Of a stretch of 64,000 nt of DNA, positions 27,378-40,175 are shown in pieces. This DNA is from Balanoglossus misakiensis. Its lineage: Eukaryota > Animalia > Hemichordata. The stretch is from assembly GCA_040954595.2 (NCBI GenBank), contig CM082593.2:2391830-2455829 (forward strand), given 5' to 3'. Position 1 is the first letter of the stretch; the number at the start of each line of letters is the position of its first letter. Made by a program: the position numbers and the translations under genes. The notes beneath the pieces were generated by a model. That model saw only the letters and a program-made list of their open reading frames with translations. It was not told the DNA's origin and ran no database searches.

Positions 27378-27737
27378 ATGCCAAATGCTGGGATTTTCGT
27401 TGTTATGGTGGTGGTCATGACAACGCTGACGTCAGCCTATGCATTCCCGCTCAGACTTTCGCCGTATTCGAGCGACAAGGCATTGGAGAAGTCGGGGTCT
27501 TCGCAAGACTTGGACGGCAATAATAAGCTGTTCTCCACAACTGCGGTCTATGACGAAGGCGGCCATATTGGAATCCCGGAAGTGCCCACCGTGGGCCCGA
27601 CGTCGAGTGGGGCGACCATCGGTGAGCAGGGAGGCGATGACGACCCTTTGCCGTCGATGTGCGGGTACTGCCGACTGCCGGACTGCTCCTCGTCTCTCAC
27701 CGCTTGCAGCAAATTTTGCGAGACGCACTGCAGATGA
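27378..27737 (+). CDS. Secreted cysteine-rich peptide precursor 2 (119 aa: signal peptide, acidic Gly-rich pro-region, C-terminal 6-Cys peptide)
   Basis: MPNAGIFVVMVVVMTTLTSAYA-FP signal; ends MCGYCRLPDCSSSLTACSKFCETHCR*; acceptor ttgcag at 27363, 14 nt before the ATG; candidate upstream donors at 26740 and 27279; paralog at 3877. Confidence 0.85.
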   Translation: MPNAGIFVVMVVVMTTLTSAYAFPLRLSPYSSDKALEKSGSSQDLDGNNKLFSTTAVYDEGGHIGIPEVPTVGPTSSGATIGEQGGDDDPLPSMCGYCRLPDCSSSLTACSKFCETHCR

Positions 27738-28332
27738 AGGGAAAAAAAACTAACAGGGAAACATCTTGCTGTGTTTCAAATGGACGAGATTTTTTATACG
27801 TTCGATTGATTGTGTGAGAAGAGACGTTGATTGTCGAATCTTTGAATCGTTGACATTGAACAGAACAGCTGCACTTGACAGCATAAGAGAAGAACACGAT
27901 TCAAAGAGACCTATTGTAAATAATACATTACTAGACCCAAACAAATCTTTGAATCTAACTACTGATATATATTTGTGTTCAGTTCCTTTTAGAATGTTTC
28001 TACGGCCAAATATTTAAATTCACAAATACGGTGATGCGGTATACACTTCATAGAGACGCCAGGATATATAAAACTAAAAAGGAAATTAATGTGGACAGGT
28101 CGTTCACCGGAAAATCGAAATTCCAGTCTCGAAAACTAATTAAACAACTGTCGCCGTCGGTGCCAATCGCCAGTATTGTTACCCCCCCCCCCCGGAATAG
28201 ATTGTCACATTGTTGAATGAGGTCGTACTGGTTCGGGAACGAAATAATAATGACATCAAAATTCAATTTGCATTACGTAATTCATAATCAAACGTCTTTT
28301 ATGAAACATATTTATCCTAGGTTATGTATTTT

Positions 28333-28422
28333 ACATTTCATCTTTCTATATTAATGTCCCAAAACAACCATTTTGGGACATTTCATCTTTCTATATTAAT
28401 GTCCCAAAACAACCATTTTGGG
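28333..28422. repeat. Perfect 45-bp tandem duplication
   Basis: acatttcatctttctatattaatgtcccaaaacaaccattttggg occurs twice in tandem. Confidence 0.95.
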
Positions 28423-29190
28423 CCCAAACGTCCGTGTGTGTATTTTGGCCAAAACACTGTTTTGTGGTTTTACGTGTACGTCATGTTCGCAGTTGCTGTT
28501 TTAGTTCTGTTTTGTTTTTATTTGTGAGATGTCAGCGCCTTGTTCTGTTAGACTAGTGCTGAGTCACTTAGCCTGGAAATTAATCTGATTAAAATCAGAT
28601 GTAGGGTACGGCGAGGTCTGGGTGAAACGCAAGTGAGGGGAAACAACTCGGCTCTTAGAAAATCTGTCTCACAATATTTGACGCTGTGGTTGCCAATGGC
28701 AACATACACCGATTGAGTCACGTGTAAATAGATATCTTTGTCAATAAACAAACGTCAAAATCAGCTGCGATCGTTTGAACCGTTTTCTGGTCACAGGTAT
28801 ATTGCTTATAGCTGTAGTTTTTTCGAGTGTCGAAAGTCTCTCTTTGATAGATACGAGTTGGTCGATAGGATCGTCTAATAAGTGGAACATGTGCACATGA
28901 CTAGTATAAGAGTTCTTTGACGTGGAGTTTTTCGATTTCTGTGGCCCTTGACTGTCGTGAACCATTCTTATCGTATGTGAACCATGTCATAACTTCACTG
29001 ACAGGGTACATTTAACAGTCAGTGCAAGAACCCGGGCAAATATGGTTGTCCGACTCGTGATAATCAAGATGTAACGCTGTAAGGTTCCACAACCGCCGAG
29101 GTCAATGCCCCTACCCCATAAATACATACCATAGTTGATACCTGGACACATTTACAAATTAACAGATTATAAATATGCAATGAAACAGCA

Positions 29191-29200
29191 GGGAATTTCC
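29191..29200. promoter_or_regulatory. Consensus NF-kB site GGGAATTTCC
   Basis: Exact match to GGGRNWYYCC; function unproven. Confidence 0.25.
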
Positions 29201-30605
29201 AATAAAAATCGCCTCGGGTGGCTTTTCGGCGGGGCGCTTTTAAGCAGCCGTGCTATGAAATATTGAACATGCACGTCTGCCTTTCATTGGGTTGTGGTTG
29301 GTGCCAGTGGCTATTTCTGCTCTCTGCGGGTTAACGATGAACGTTGTCCTGTCGTTACTGCAAGGGAGAGTGAATATGCAAATCAGCTAGAGACGCCAAA
29401 TAATTCCTTTAGCTATTCCTATCACTGAAACTATCTATCTATCTGTCCCTGAATTTGTACATGGGTTTGTATGCGAAAGGCTGGTTGTAGTATAACAGAT
29501 GGCGTGTGTTTGGACTTTCGAGAGAGAGAGAGTTACAGAGGACCTGTACTATTTTAAAGGGTCATTGACGCAATCATTTGATGTGACGCCGAATCATAAG
29601 TGACTCTTTTACTTTCGCAGATAGAACGGAAAACAACAAGCGGCGCATGACATTCGCCTCCGTTGTGTTAATATGATTCAATCACGGCCGTGTGTTGAGA
29701 ATGTTCTGAAATATGTCAGCAGAGCATGTCTCGCTCTTTACTGACAGTTTTATTGCTCGACAAAGAAAGCGCGAGCTCGGACAAAAATTGCTGCCTGTTC
29801 GCATGGTTTCACTGGTTAGATGTTATATCCGTTTGATTAGCTACTTTGGCGTCCATTCTTTATTTGATGATGGCTCGGATGTCCTGTCTCATAAGATGTC
29901 ATCAGGAGCAAAAATCACAAAATTGACCAAAATAACAAATTCTGATCATATATCCATTGTTCGCGCTCGAGTTCCTTATATGAAGTAAGATCACCTGCCA
30001 GCTTAGAAACGGGGTGGGGTTGTTACTTGATTTGCTTGCCAACTTCAACATTCTTGCGGCTGTTCGTAGCAATACCCTTTGGGGAAATTACAAAACTTAG
30101 TCCTTTGCTCGTTAAACTTGTATTTTTACGACTGCGCCCAAAGTTAACGAAAACCACAAACTAGCACACTCGAAGACTTTATATGAACTTTCGCTGTTTG
30201 CTTTTAGAAGACTTAGAATCTTTAAAGCCCCAGTATTTCTCGTGTGCATCCATTTTTCATCATCGAAAAAAGCCCGTTTTTCCTGTACATTCATCATGGA
30301 ATACTACATAATGAAGATAGAAGAAAGGTTTGGGCAACTGTAGCTACGTGCAAGCTGTAAATATTGCCCGTAACACTTGAAATGATGCGCGGGTTTGTTT
30401 ACAACGGAAATGTTGTACATGTCGATCAGCAAACGTGCCACTTTGACATTTTGATGGTCAGACCATTTTCAGATTTGATCTGGTTCCATCGACTGATTTC
30501 TCCCATAAAGTTATCTTCCCAAAATTTCGCCGAATTAGTGCGCATTTCTTCGCTGAGTCGCTTGATTTGGGGCGACCAAACCTCTTCCGCATAGATTCAC
30601 ATTTG

Positions 30606-30649
30606 AGTGCGCATGCGCACTAGTCACGTGTGTCAACACTCACGTGACT
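30606..30649. promoter_or_regulatory. NRF1-type palindrome plus an inverted pair of E-boxes
   Basis: AGTGCGCATGCGCACT (16-bp perfect palindrome) immediately followed by AGTCACGTG-N10-CACGTGACT. Confidence 0.45.
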
Positions 30650-32215
30650 TTCTGTCCGGACAGAAAGTCATTCTTCACTCGTTATATTGTAAATTGTATG
30701 AGTTTATGAGCAGAGCTGGGGATGATGACTGTTCGATTCAGTATCAATTATCATCTACTTTTAGAAATTATAGATGCCGTTTCAAACAAAATTTTGCCCC
30801 TACGAGAAATACTGTGGCTTTAAGCCAAGTACGTGCGTCCATGGTATTGCCATACTTTACCCCAGGTCGCCCCGTGGCATGCAAATTGTGGATCAGAATC
30901 GTCAAGTTCCGGGAGTTTTCTTGGGCGACGACTTGAACACGAAACCGTCCAATCCCCTGCGGCACAATAAATAAAAATAACATAACGAACCCAATTAAGA
31001 TCCGTACTCATTTCGTTTCTGATTTCACTTGGGCAGAAACCCCCGGTTATCATCATTCCCAGTCAACGTTACCGCAATTCAAAGTGACTGTGTCTAGTCG
31101 TGCATCAGACGAGGTTGGATGATACAGACGATGCCAACAAGCCTAATTTTAAATACTTTACCTACTCCACAATGTTCACTGCTTCTGTAATGGCTACACA
31201 AAGTAGCGGAGTCATTAGGTCGTCAACTCATAAGTCGAGAGCTAGACACAGACATTCTCATGAAGGTTGTCTGGTAGGTAAAATGCTATCTAATAGGTTT
31301 TATCTTAACGTCCGAAAATTACATTTAGTCTTGCAAGACACGCTATGTGATAGTCAGGAATCTTTAAACCTATTACAGTGCTATCGATACGTCATTATCT
31401 GAAGGGGAAATTAAAATAAAGAATTGAAGTCTGTGCGAGGGTTTTGCCAATATGTATCGCTGAATCACTCACGATACGAGTTATCTTGGCATGATCCTCT
31501 CTTTGTGTGGAAAGGTCGCTTACGTCATCATGATGGTTTCTTGGAGAAAACCAAATATCCTTAACATGATAATCAAATGGCTCTGTTGTAAAATTGGTTC
31601 TGTCTATATTCCATCAGTAACATGTTCAATTTGATGATTTTTTTCTCAAGTAGACATTGAACTGGAGGTGTATACAGTGAGGTATTTGTTGACCAGCATC
31701 TATCAAAGATACTTCCACGCAAAACTGTTACATGAAAATGCAATTCTCCAATTTCCCGTTCATCCATTGTTGCCTTCGACTTGGAGGACTCCTCGCTTTC
31801 ACGAAAACATCCCGGGAGGAGATTTTACTTTCGAAAGAATGAACAGCTAAGTGTTATCGCTCTGTGGATGACGTAGAAGGAGCACTCGAAGGCCCGGCGA
31901 AGGAAGGCCCAATGGAACCCCTATCTTGGTAGAAATGCATGAGTGTAGAAGGAAATTTAGTTTAGTATAGGTTCTATCGTCTTTAATGAAGCACAGTTAT
32001 AATATAATATTCAGGATTCTGATCTCCCAGTATGGGTCTATTTCGCAAAGGCCAATCCTGTCCAGATCACTCAGTTGTTCCCCTTCCCTCATATACTTTG
32101 TCCATTGTACCCAGGCTCTCTGTACACTCGACTGTTAACACTTCTACTGGCAATTTCTTTGACGATTTTGGTGTTCTATGGTGGCTGTATGTATGATCAT
32201 AAATGGAATATTATG

Positions 32216-32667
32216 AGGTTATTACGAAAATACCGCAAAGTATGCACGAGGACATTAGCGCCAAGTATCGCCCGACGCGCAGCGGAGGGCGATGCGCTGC
32301 GCTAATGTCCGAGTGCATACTTTGCGGTATTTTCGTAATAACCTTATTATTATACATCTTACATCTCCGTTAGTTCTTGTGTTGCATGTTACTTGGCTTT
32401 CAAAACGCCCAAAATGCCGATACAATCGATCGAAAACCGCTCAGTTGACTCAGTGAGCAGCCATCTTTGTTTTTTGTTTACGTGTGCGCACTGCGTTGGA
32501 GTGGGGGGCGCCTTGAAACCGTCCGCATAACAACGCACACCTGTACACGGTGAGTTGGGGCGCCTTGAAACCTAAAACTTATTTAACGCGGGTTCCGTAC
32601 GTACCGTTCCGTACGGCTTTTTATTGCACGCCAAAATCTATTGTTCTCGGCACTAGATGTATAATAA
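32216..32667. mobile_element. Non-autonomous foldback/hairpin element
   Basis: About 46-bp near-perfect inverted arms (32216-32261 and 32299-32344) with inner stem ATCGCCC/GGGCGAT; second inverted repeat ttattatacatct (32347-32359) and agatgtataataa (32655-32667); internal direct repeat ggggcgccttgaaacc twice. Confidence 0.7.
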
Positions 32668-35600
32668 ATAAATATATAACCTGAAGGATATTTCACCACC
32701 CACCTGCTCAGAGATGGATCAATCTCATTTCCAGTTTCACCAACAGGTCAGTCAGGGTTCAAGGGTGGCTTATGATATATCAGAGAATGCTAATCGAAGG
32801 ATTGAATGATTTACACGGTAATTGCACAGGCGGAATAATCAGATCGAGTAAAATGAACACATCCCATCCCTGGGGCAGTACAGAAGACGATAGCAATCTG
32901 AATACTCGTTACGATGTTAAAAAAATGCAATAACGAAACAGGCCAATAGTAATGAGAATTATTCTATGTTTGCATAATTCATAATTGTGCCCCCGTGAAT
33001 TAAATAAATCTACGGTGGCTTTAATATCAATCGGGGTTATCGTTTCCTCTGTGATGCTGTGTTTGCCTTTGTTAGCTCTTCCATTCAACGAGGATAAGAT
33101 GTCACGCGTTAAGTGAAAATGTTCTTGTATCTTTGCCACACACAAAAGCAGGAAATAGCCCCGTGCATATTGTGTGTGCCAACGTCATTATAACCAATCC
33201 CGCAAGCAAAGCAAATGCAATGAGACCTTCGATCTAAGTCACTTTCAATCGTGTACAGTTTTTTTGTACATCGCCTCAAAGTCATCCATCAGTCTGTGGG
33301 TCATTTCGATTACTTCATGCATATCTGTACCGTTTGCTCGATAGAGCACGGGGCTGTAACTCCAAAGAGCGTGCAATGTGCGTCACTGGTTGAAAGGCCG
33401 CGTGGTTGGTTTTTTTCTCCCCGGGATTCGATGAAAATTGAACCGATCCACGAAAGCAATTTCCTTGCGAGTCGAGAATTACGTGCCTTGCCGAACGTAA
33501 GAGACTTAATTTCTAAGAATCGAGGAATACTGATTAAAATTGGCTGGGGTAGTTGGCAAATTTGTCTCGGTCCGTAGGCAACATGTATCCTGCCTTCTGA
33601 ACCAGATAAATGGTCAGTGATCTTGTTATTTCGTGTGGCATCAGAAACACTGTGGTTGTTTTATTTCCATGATTTATGATTTTTAACTTATTTTGTCACC
33701 CACGATTTCACGAATGTAAATTGAGGGATTAAAATTACCCCAGGTTTTGTGGTGAAACGATAAAACAACAGCGCATTCGCTGTTTTCTTACCGCCATGGA
33801 TGGCGTAACCGGAACCGCATTTCTTTTGTTTTAACCCACCAAGTGACCAGGTGTTAATGAATTATGTATTTTTGTTGGTGTGAAAGGCACGTGGTTTAGT
33901 ACGCCATGCCGTCTCCACGTTGATAACTTCGTGTGTGTTACCTATGTGTGGTCCCGTCAACATGCGCTAGGACTCCGCTTACAGCCCGAGGGATACTACG
34001 TTCTACTGGACTTTGCCGAAAATGGAGGATTGAAAGTTCCGTGAGTACACCAACATGAGGTGAGCGTCTTAGAATTAGGGGCTTGGTATGCGTGTGTCCT
34101 GTGCGGACTTTTCTAGACTTTCGAGAACTTGAATGCCGTCGCTGTGGTACGTGTGTTTACGCCACCCACGTGTTAACTGACCCGGCCGAGCTATCAACGG
34201 CATACGTTCTGATGCCATCTCGTTTGCTTTTACTTCCCTTAATGAGCATGCGCCTTTATACTACAGATCGGCAAATTTTGACACGGCTTCTCAAAAACCA
34301 TTACGCGGGCGTGATGACAGATCAGCCTTATCATTCACTCCAGTTTTATCGCGCGTACTGTAAAATGACAGCGCGAACTAGGTTAGTTCAATAGTTTTCT
34401 GCCTTCAATCAATGTCAAATGGCAGCTGTTAGATTTCAACATTGGCATCATTTTCTTCGCTTGCCATTAAAGACTTTTGCGTGTAATACAGCCAGGCCTA
34501 ACACACACACAAACACGTGTGAATAGAATTCCACTTTTTGACTCGACAGCAACGCGTTTAGCGTTTGTTGTCGAGCATTTAATCCCCATGGCAACCCAAG
34601 GCCCGCCACAGGTGTTAAAAGATGTTAGGTACCCAAAGAGCATATACGTTTTATCATGGAACATCCCTGCTTGGCCGCGATCATTTTTTTTTCGGAAATT
34701 TTAAAGGAGATTTTCTGGTAATATGGTGTGATTGTATTGACCCCCAAGCACAGTCTGATTCTCAGTATTCGCTGGTCTTGAAGGTATATTGTCGTGTAGT
34801 GATCAAATTCCAAAGTGTTGTCGGCAGGCAATTTACCTTACAACGAGGAATGGTTTTCAGGTTTTTCCGATCAAACAGTGGCTGTGTGATATATGCATCA
34901 AGTGTATTCCAGTGGGAACGCAAATGCCATCCCGGTATTGCCAGCTTTCGGTCGGGAATAAAATGGGCGATAATATCTCAAATCGCGCTCACAAGTGAAG
35001 ATCAAAGATACGTCTTATCAGCGCCGGTAAAAAAAAGGTACAGGCGTTTTCACAACTCGGTTTATCATGGAACGACAGCTTTGCGCGCAAAAAGGTGTTT
35101 CTCGTTTGGGACATCGGTCACAGCCGTTCTCTCGCACACTGTAACTTCTCCACCATCATAAATAATAATTTTGAGTCACAAATGGGCCTGGACCCTGTCT
35201 GACAGTAAAATGCATTATATTCGTACAGAAGAGCATTGATGAAAAATGTCAGTTTTACTGTGCAACGGTGCGATAAGAAAATCTTTCCGAAACGGTGGTT
35301 CGTGATGGGGATACTTATCCTAACCACGATGCATTAGCATGTCTCCCTGCCGTATCATATTGATCGCCTTTATGGTTTGATAGAATTCACTTAAAATCCC
35401 AAGATGAGCCTCTTCCGCCGAGAACAACTTGAAATATTCTTGTAGCCATGGTAACGTAAAAACATGGCCCTCCTTTAAGAGTTTAATATCTTATTTGATA
35501 TGGACCTGGTATACGGTTCGAGCACACGAAGAACACGACAGCCCCTCGCTGAAAATGAAACCACTTTACGAAAACAAATTTTCGGTTCTAATATGGATTA

Positions 35601-36263
35601 ATAGAAGCAATCAGACTTGTAAAGAGTCAAAGACGGCCAGAGCTGAATATACAGTCGGCCGTATACGCATGCATGCTTATTCGCTTCCGGTGACTACTTA
35701 ACGTGTAATGACTAGTATGGGCACATCAAGTGATTCCGGTCACGACTAAGAACATTTCCCGAGAATGTTTCCTTCCGCTTATTCAGATGGTAACCGAATT
35801 GATTTGCTATATTTTCTTTTTTCATCCTTGCATGATTTTTCCAGATGAGTGAGCTGTCGGCTGGGGGATATTTGGCAGCTCCATTTTGTAGTCAGTCCCT
35901 GCCACATCCCACGGCCCCCGCACAGTAACCCCAAGAACATCAGTCATCTTAGATCCGAACTCAATTAGCAATCGGAATGCTCAAGGGAGCATTCAATAAT
36001 TATACAGGGCGGGCCGGGGGTAAGACAAGCAAGTCCATTAAGCGAAGTGCGACCGACAAAGGGGAAAGCCAAGCGGATCGATAGTGGAATCCCTCAGGCT
36101 AACCAACTCCATACATTTATTTGTAGAACAAAACCCAAATTATTATTTTTTTAATTCGGACCTGCTTTCTGACAGGAAAGCCAAGTTGGTTGCAATGTCC
36201 TTTGCCATAGAATTACCCGGGAGAAGGTGCCGTCTGACTTGGTCCACTTTTCACGCAAATGTA

Positions 36264-38565
36264 CTAGTCACGTTTTCCCTTCTGCCGTCTTAGGTTTCGA
36301 CTCATTCCCCAAAAGAGACAAAACAACTTAATCACGATCACTACAATAATGGCGCCCACCACTAAGAGAAACGCAACTACATCTATCATATAGTACTGGA
36401 AAAAGTTCAAACTGAATGCCTGCGATCGAAGATGTTTTCCGCCATTCCGAATAGCATACTCGATCCAGAAAATGGAAGAGTCTTTGGGTGAGATGGGTTG
36501 GTCGTTTTGGATGCGGGACAGTCGTAGTGCATTTTCCTTGTATCTGTGGGGGAAATAAATTATAAACATTTACAAATTACTGGGTAACGTTTTTGATCAA
36601 AGTGATCAATTAATACGTAAATACTATTTGTGCCTTTAGTTCACGAACAGCCTGAAAAACAACATTATGCAAATTGTTTTTTTTTGGAATGCAGTCACGT
36701 CTAATTTAAATATGCCGATACCTGTATATGGACAAACGGGTGTGTCTATCTTTCGATAGGTGGCGCACTTTACGTGTTGCCACATCTACACTTTCCATGG
36801 TAACAGTGGTTAAATATACATAGGTGACTGTAAGGATTTTTTTCGACGCGTGTATTTATGTTTCACGAAGTTAGGAAGCTGGAGATGCGTGACTGCTTAC
36901 GTTGGATTGTTAATCACTGTTGTAACCGCGTGGTACAAATCGTCAGTCGTCATTGTCCCAACGTCCAACGATATTGCCATTCCCTTTTCGACCATCAACT
37001 GCATGCTGTCAAAATGGTCAAATATCAAAGGTATTCCTACAACCGGTACCCCGTGATGTATAGCTTCATGCATGCCGTTTACGCCACCATGGTAAACAAG
37101 GGCTTTGGTCTTGGGGTGTCCTTTAAAATAATCAAGAGGCTCGTGTGACCACATGATCATCCTGCATTGACCCCTAAGGCAAAATTAATGTGGAAAATAC
37201 ATCAATTGTTTGTAGTGCCCATTCTTTCTGTGGATAATTTTTCTGGCAAGTTAACCGTACATATACCAATTGGAGTAGTAGAATTTCAAGCTCACAATCA
37301 ATGTACTTTGGTATGTTTCATCTTACCGAGTAAATCGTTCTGCGGCACCCACTTCGCAAGCTTGAACTTTGTGTCGTTCTTCAGATATCCAGGTGGCTCA
37401 TCACCAGCGTACTTAGCGATGATCTTTTGTGGCAATCTTTTCAGGCCCATTGCAAATCTCCGGAAAAGGGTCTCTTCGGTGAAGTCTCGATAGGAACCAA
37501 AAGCAAATATGACAACGCCATTTTCAGCCGATGAGTTGACGAACTCTTCAAATTCCTATCGTTCAAATTGAGAGAGGGTGAGATCGATCGAAATTTGTAT
37601 ACTACACATTTAGGGCGATTTTTATGAATATTTAAATGATATGAAAAACGTTAGCAGCTCCTGTTACAAAAATATATTCAGTATTGTTAAAATTACCTTG
37701 TTCAACGCTCTTGGCGGTTCAATGTGATACCCAGACCCGAGGAAAACCACATTTGGCATCAGTGGACGAGGGAAACTGACCGTCCAATCAGCATTGAACA
37801 AGAACAGCTCGGCGTCGGAATATATATCTCGAATTCCTAACTCGGGTCGAATGTTGTGTTTCTCTTTAATCTCCACAAACTTGGCGAATATCGTGTTGAC
37901 AGTGATGTATCTCATGAAGAAATATCCCAAGTTGTACATTCTTTCGAAAAAGTCCATTTTGTCCGTCAAACCCGTGCCTATGCAGGGTATATACGCCGGG
38001 TTATTTGGGATGTAGTACATGTCGGCGTTCCAAACGGGAGTGATGCGGTTATCGGCGACCAGTACAAACGGTCGCTTTAGGTAGTGAGCCAACAGTGCTC
38101 CGCAGGGGGAAATGTCACAGGCTACGACCAGATCGAAGTGCTGCTCTTGCAAGCGATCTAAGAAATCAGCGTCTGCGAAGGAGTCGTGGCAGAGCTGAAT
38201 CAGAGGGTCCCAAAATTGCATCACGTCGAGCCACCCCATCTTTCCTGTCAAGGACATCTCCAACCAGTCCGTGGTGGCCGTCCAACCAGCTTCGCCGACG
38301 GAGAGACCCGAGTGAAAAGTCTCTATTTTAGCCCCAACGAGTTTTGAAGACGCGACCACTCTCTGATAGAAAACATCGGGTAGCGTCACACTCACACGGT
38401 GTCCCCTGTCGGCCTGTTGGCCAATCTGGTCATGAATGCAAAAACGCTACCTTCACTCACGCTTGCCACCAGAAGGAGCTTTTTACTGGCGAGCGAAGCA
38501 ACATTTTCCCCACCGAGTAGGAAGATTAATATTATCGGCAGTAGCGATTCTTTGAAGAAAGCCAT
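36264..38565 (-). pseudogene. UDP-glucuronosyl/UDP-glycosyltransferase (GT1, animal UGT), 4 exons, frameshift in exon 1
   Basis: Exons 38565-37697, 37555-37327, 37120-36901, 36543-36264. Signal peptide; (A)DRGHRVSV; FDLVVAC; P-AYIP..GTGLTDKMDFFER; signature [47 protein letters not shown]; C-terminal transmembrane helix and basic tail. Frame breaks near 38413. Confidence 0.85.
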
Positions 38566-39541
38566 GTTTCGATGATCTCCACAACGAAATCCGAGTAACT
38601 TATACATGTACATGTATGTGCCAATCAGACTCTCACCCGGCGATTCTATTCGAACTGTACTTTTGGTTCACATCAAAAATTCAGTTCAGAGAAGGTCATA
38701 TCACAGTCAAACGTTATTTTACCAGGTGCTGCCAACGGTGCTATTCATCGTTAAGCTAAATCCGGGAGCAATTTTTGAGGGCAGGGAAGTTTTAATTTTA
38801 GCTCTGGCAGGGCACTGCGACATACATGTACTTTTAGTCGGTAGGGAGCAGATTAAATTTAGTAGTTTTTGTCAGACAGGGCAAATTTCTTTTAAGGGAA
38901 AATGTCTTTACAGGGCAAGGAAAATCGACACGCTTTTGAAGAATTATGTACTAACTGTCAGCAGGAAAGCAGACTGATCGGTGGGTATTTTCGCATTTAA
39001 TCATTTTATAGTTTTAATATGATCGTGTTACAAAATTATCTGATATTACTGGTTAAAATATCGGCACAAGAAAGTCCGATCGTCGATAAATAATAAAGTT
39101 TTCGAAACTTACATATTGTCACTAAAACGTAACTGACAAATCCACATATATTACCCGACATTCTGAATAACTTTGTCGCTCAAAGCATGGAAACCGTAAA
39201 CATTTTTAAAAGTATGCAGTAGTCCTAGGCAAGTTTCCAAAAATCATATCTTCGTATCTTAATTTTGGGTCATATACATGTATATATAAACCGAACGCAT
39301 AACTTGCGAATTTGTTGTTCAGTACTGCAATGTTTGCCATCCAGAAAACTTCGATACTTGAAATTGGGTGATCTCACAATGTAGTATGAACATTTGATGT
39401 TGGAAATTTAAGCAAAATAAATAGCGGCGTAATAATATATCTTAGCAAAATAGTCAAACGTACGTACTGTTTAAATTGATTGTTATACATATTCATAGAT
39501 TGATAGAAGTCGAAAGTGGGAGGGTTGTGACTCCATAATGT

Positions 39542-40175
39542 CTAAACCCGTTCTCTGCCACAAGTACATGCAGTTGACAGATTGATTTTGATCGGGACGT
39601 ATTTGTAGAAACCGTCCGTATTGCAAGTGAAAGTATTTTGCAACACCCACAGGTCGGAAGAGATTATCTTCTCACACCGCCATATTGGATGGTAGTCGCT
39701 GTTCTCGAGCAGGTCCGTGATGCAATTCTGGCAGTCGTAACACGTGGCTTCAACCAGGGTTCGTGGGTAGCGGTTGGTATCTGTGTTTTCGACGTGGTAG
39801 AACGGACAGGACGATCTGATTTCCAGAGGAGCGCCTGGACCGTAAGAAATTGGGCAACTGGTCGATGAGGGCGGGCTGTAAGACCCGGGGGAAGTTGCGT
39901 ACGAGATAGCATTGGGTGTGTACAACATCAACATATCCTCCAGATCGTCATCGCTTGGTTGTTGACAAGTTTCTTCCTTATCGGCGTAACCATAGCTACC
40001 ACCGACAGCCACCATAATCAGAATACCAACCATCTAAAATACAAAAACAATCTTTGAGCTTTATTTCTCAAACATTTAAGAAGACATTACTTTAAGCGTC
40101 AATCTGGTTTACTTAAAGATCACACTGCTGACAAAAAAATAATTTACATACCAAACATCTGCAAATAAGCTCCAT
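39542..40175 (-). CDS. IL17: Interleukin-17 family cytokine (exons 40175-40152 and 40033-39542)
   Basis: RSSCPFYHVENTDTNRYPRTLVEATC...C...C...ACTC matches the IL-17 cystine-knot pattern (RSxxPW...D.NRxP..L.EAxC...CxC). Signal peptide is split by a short first exon (MELICRCL) with a gt/ag intron. Confidence 0.92.

Noticed and set aside
34622-35161. 179-aa ORF
   Set aside because: No motif or splice support; likely a chance ORF
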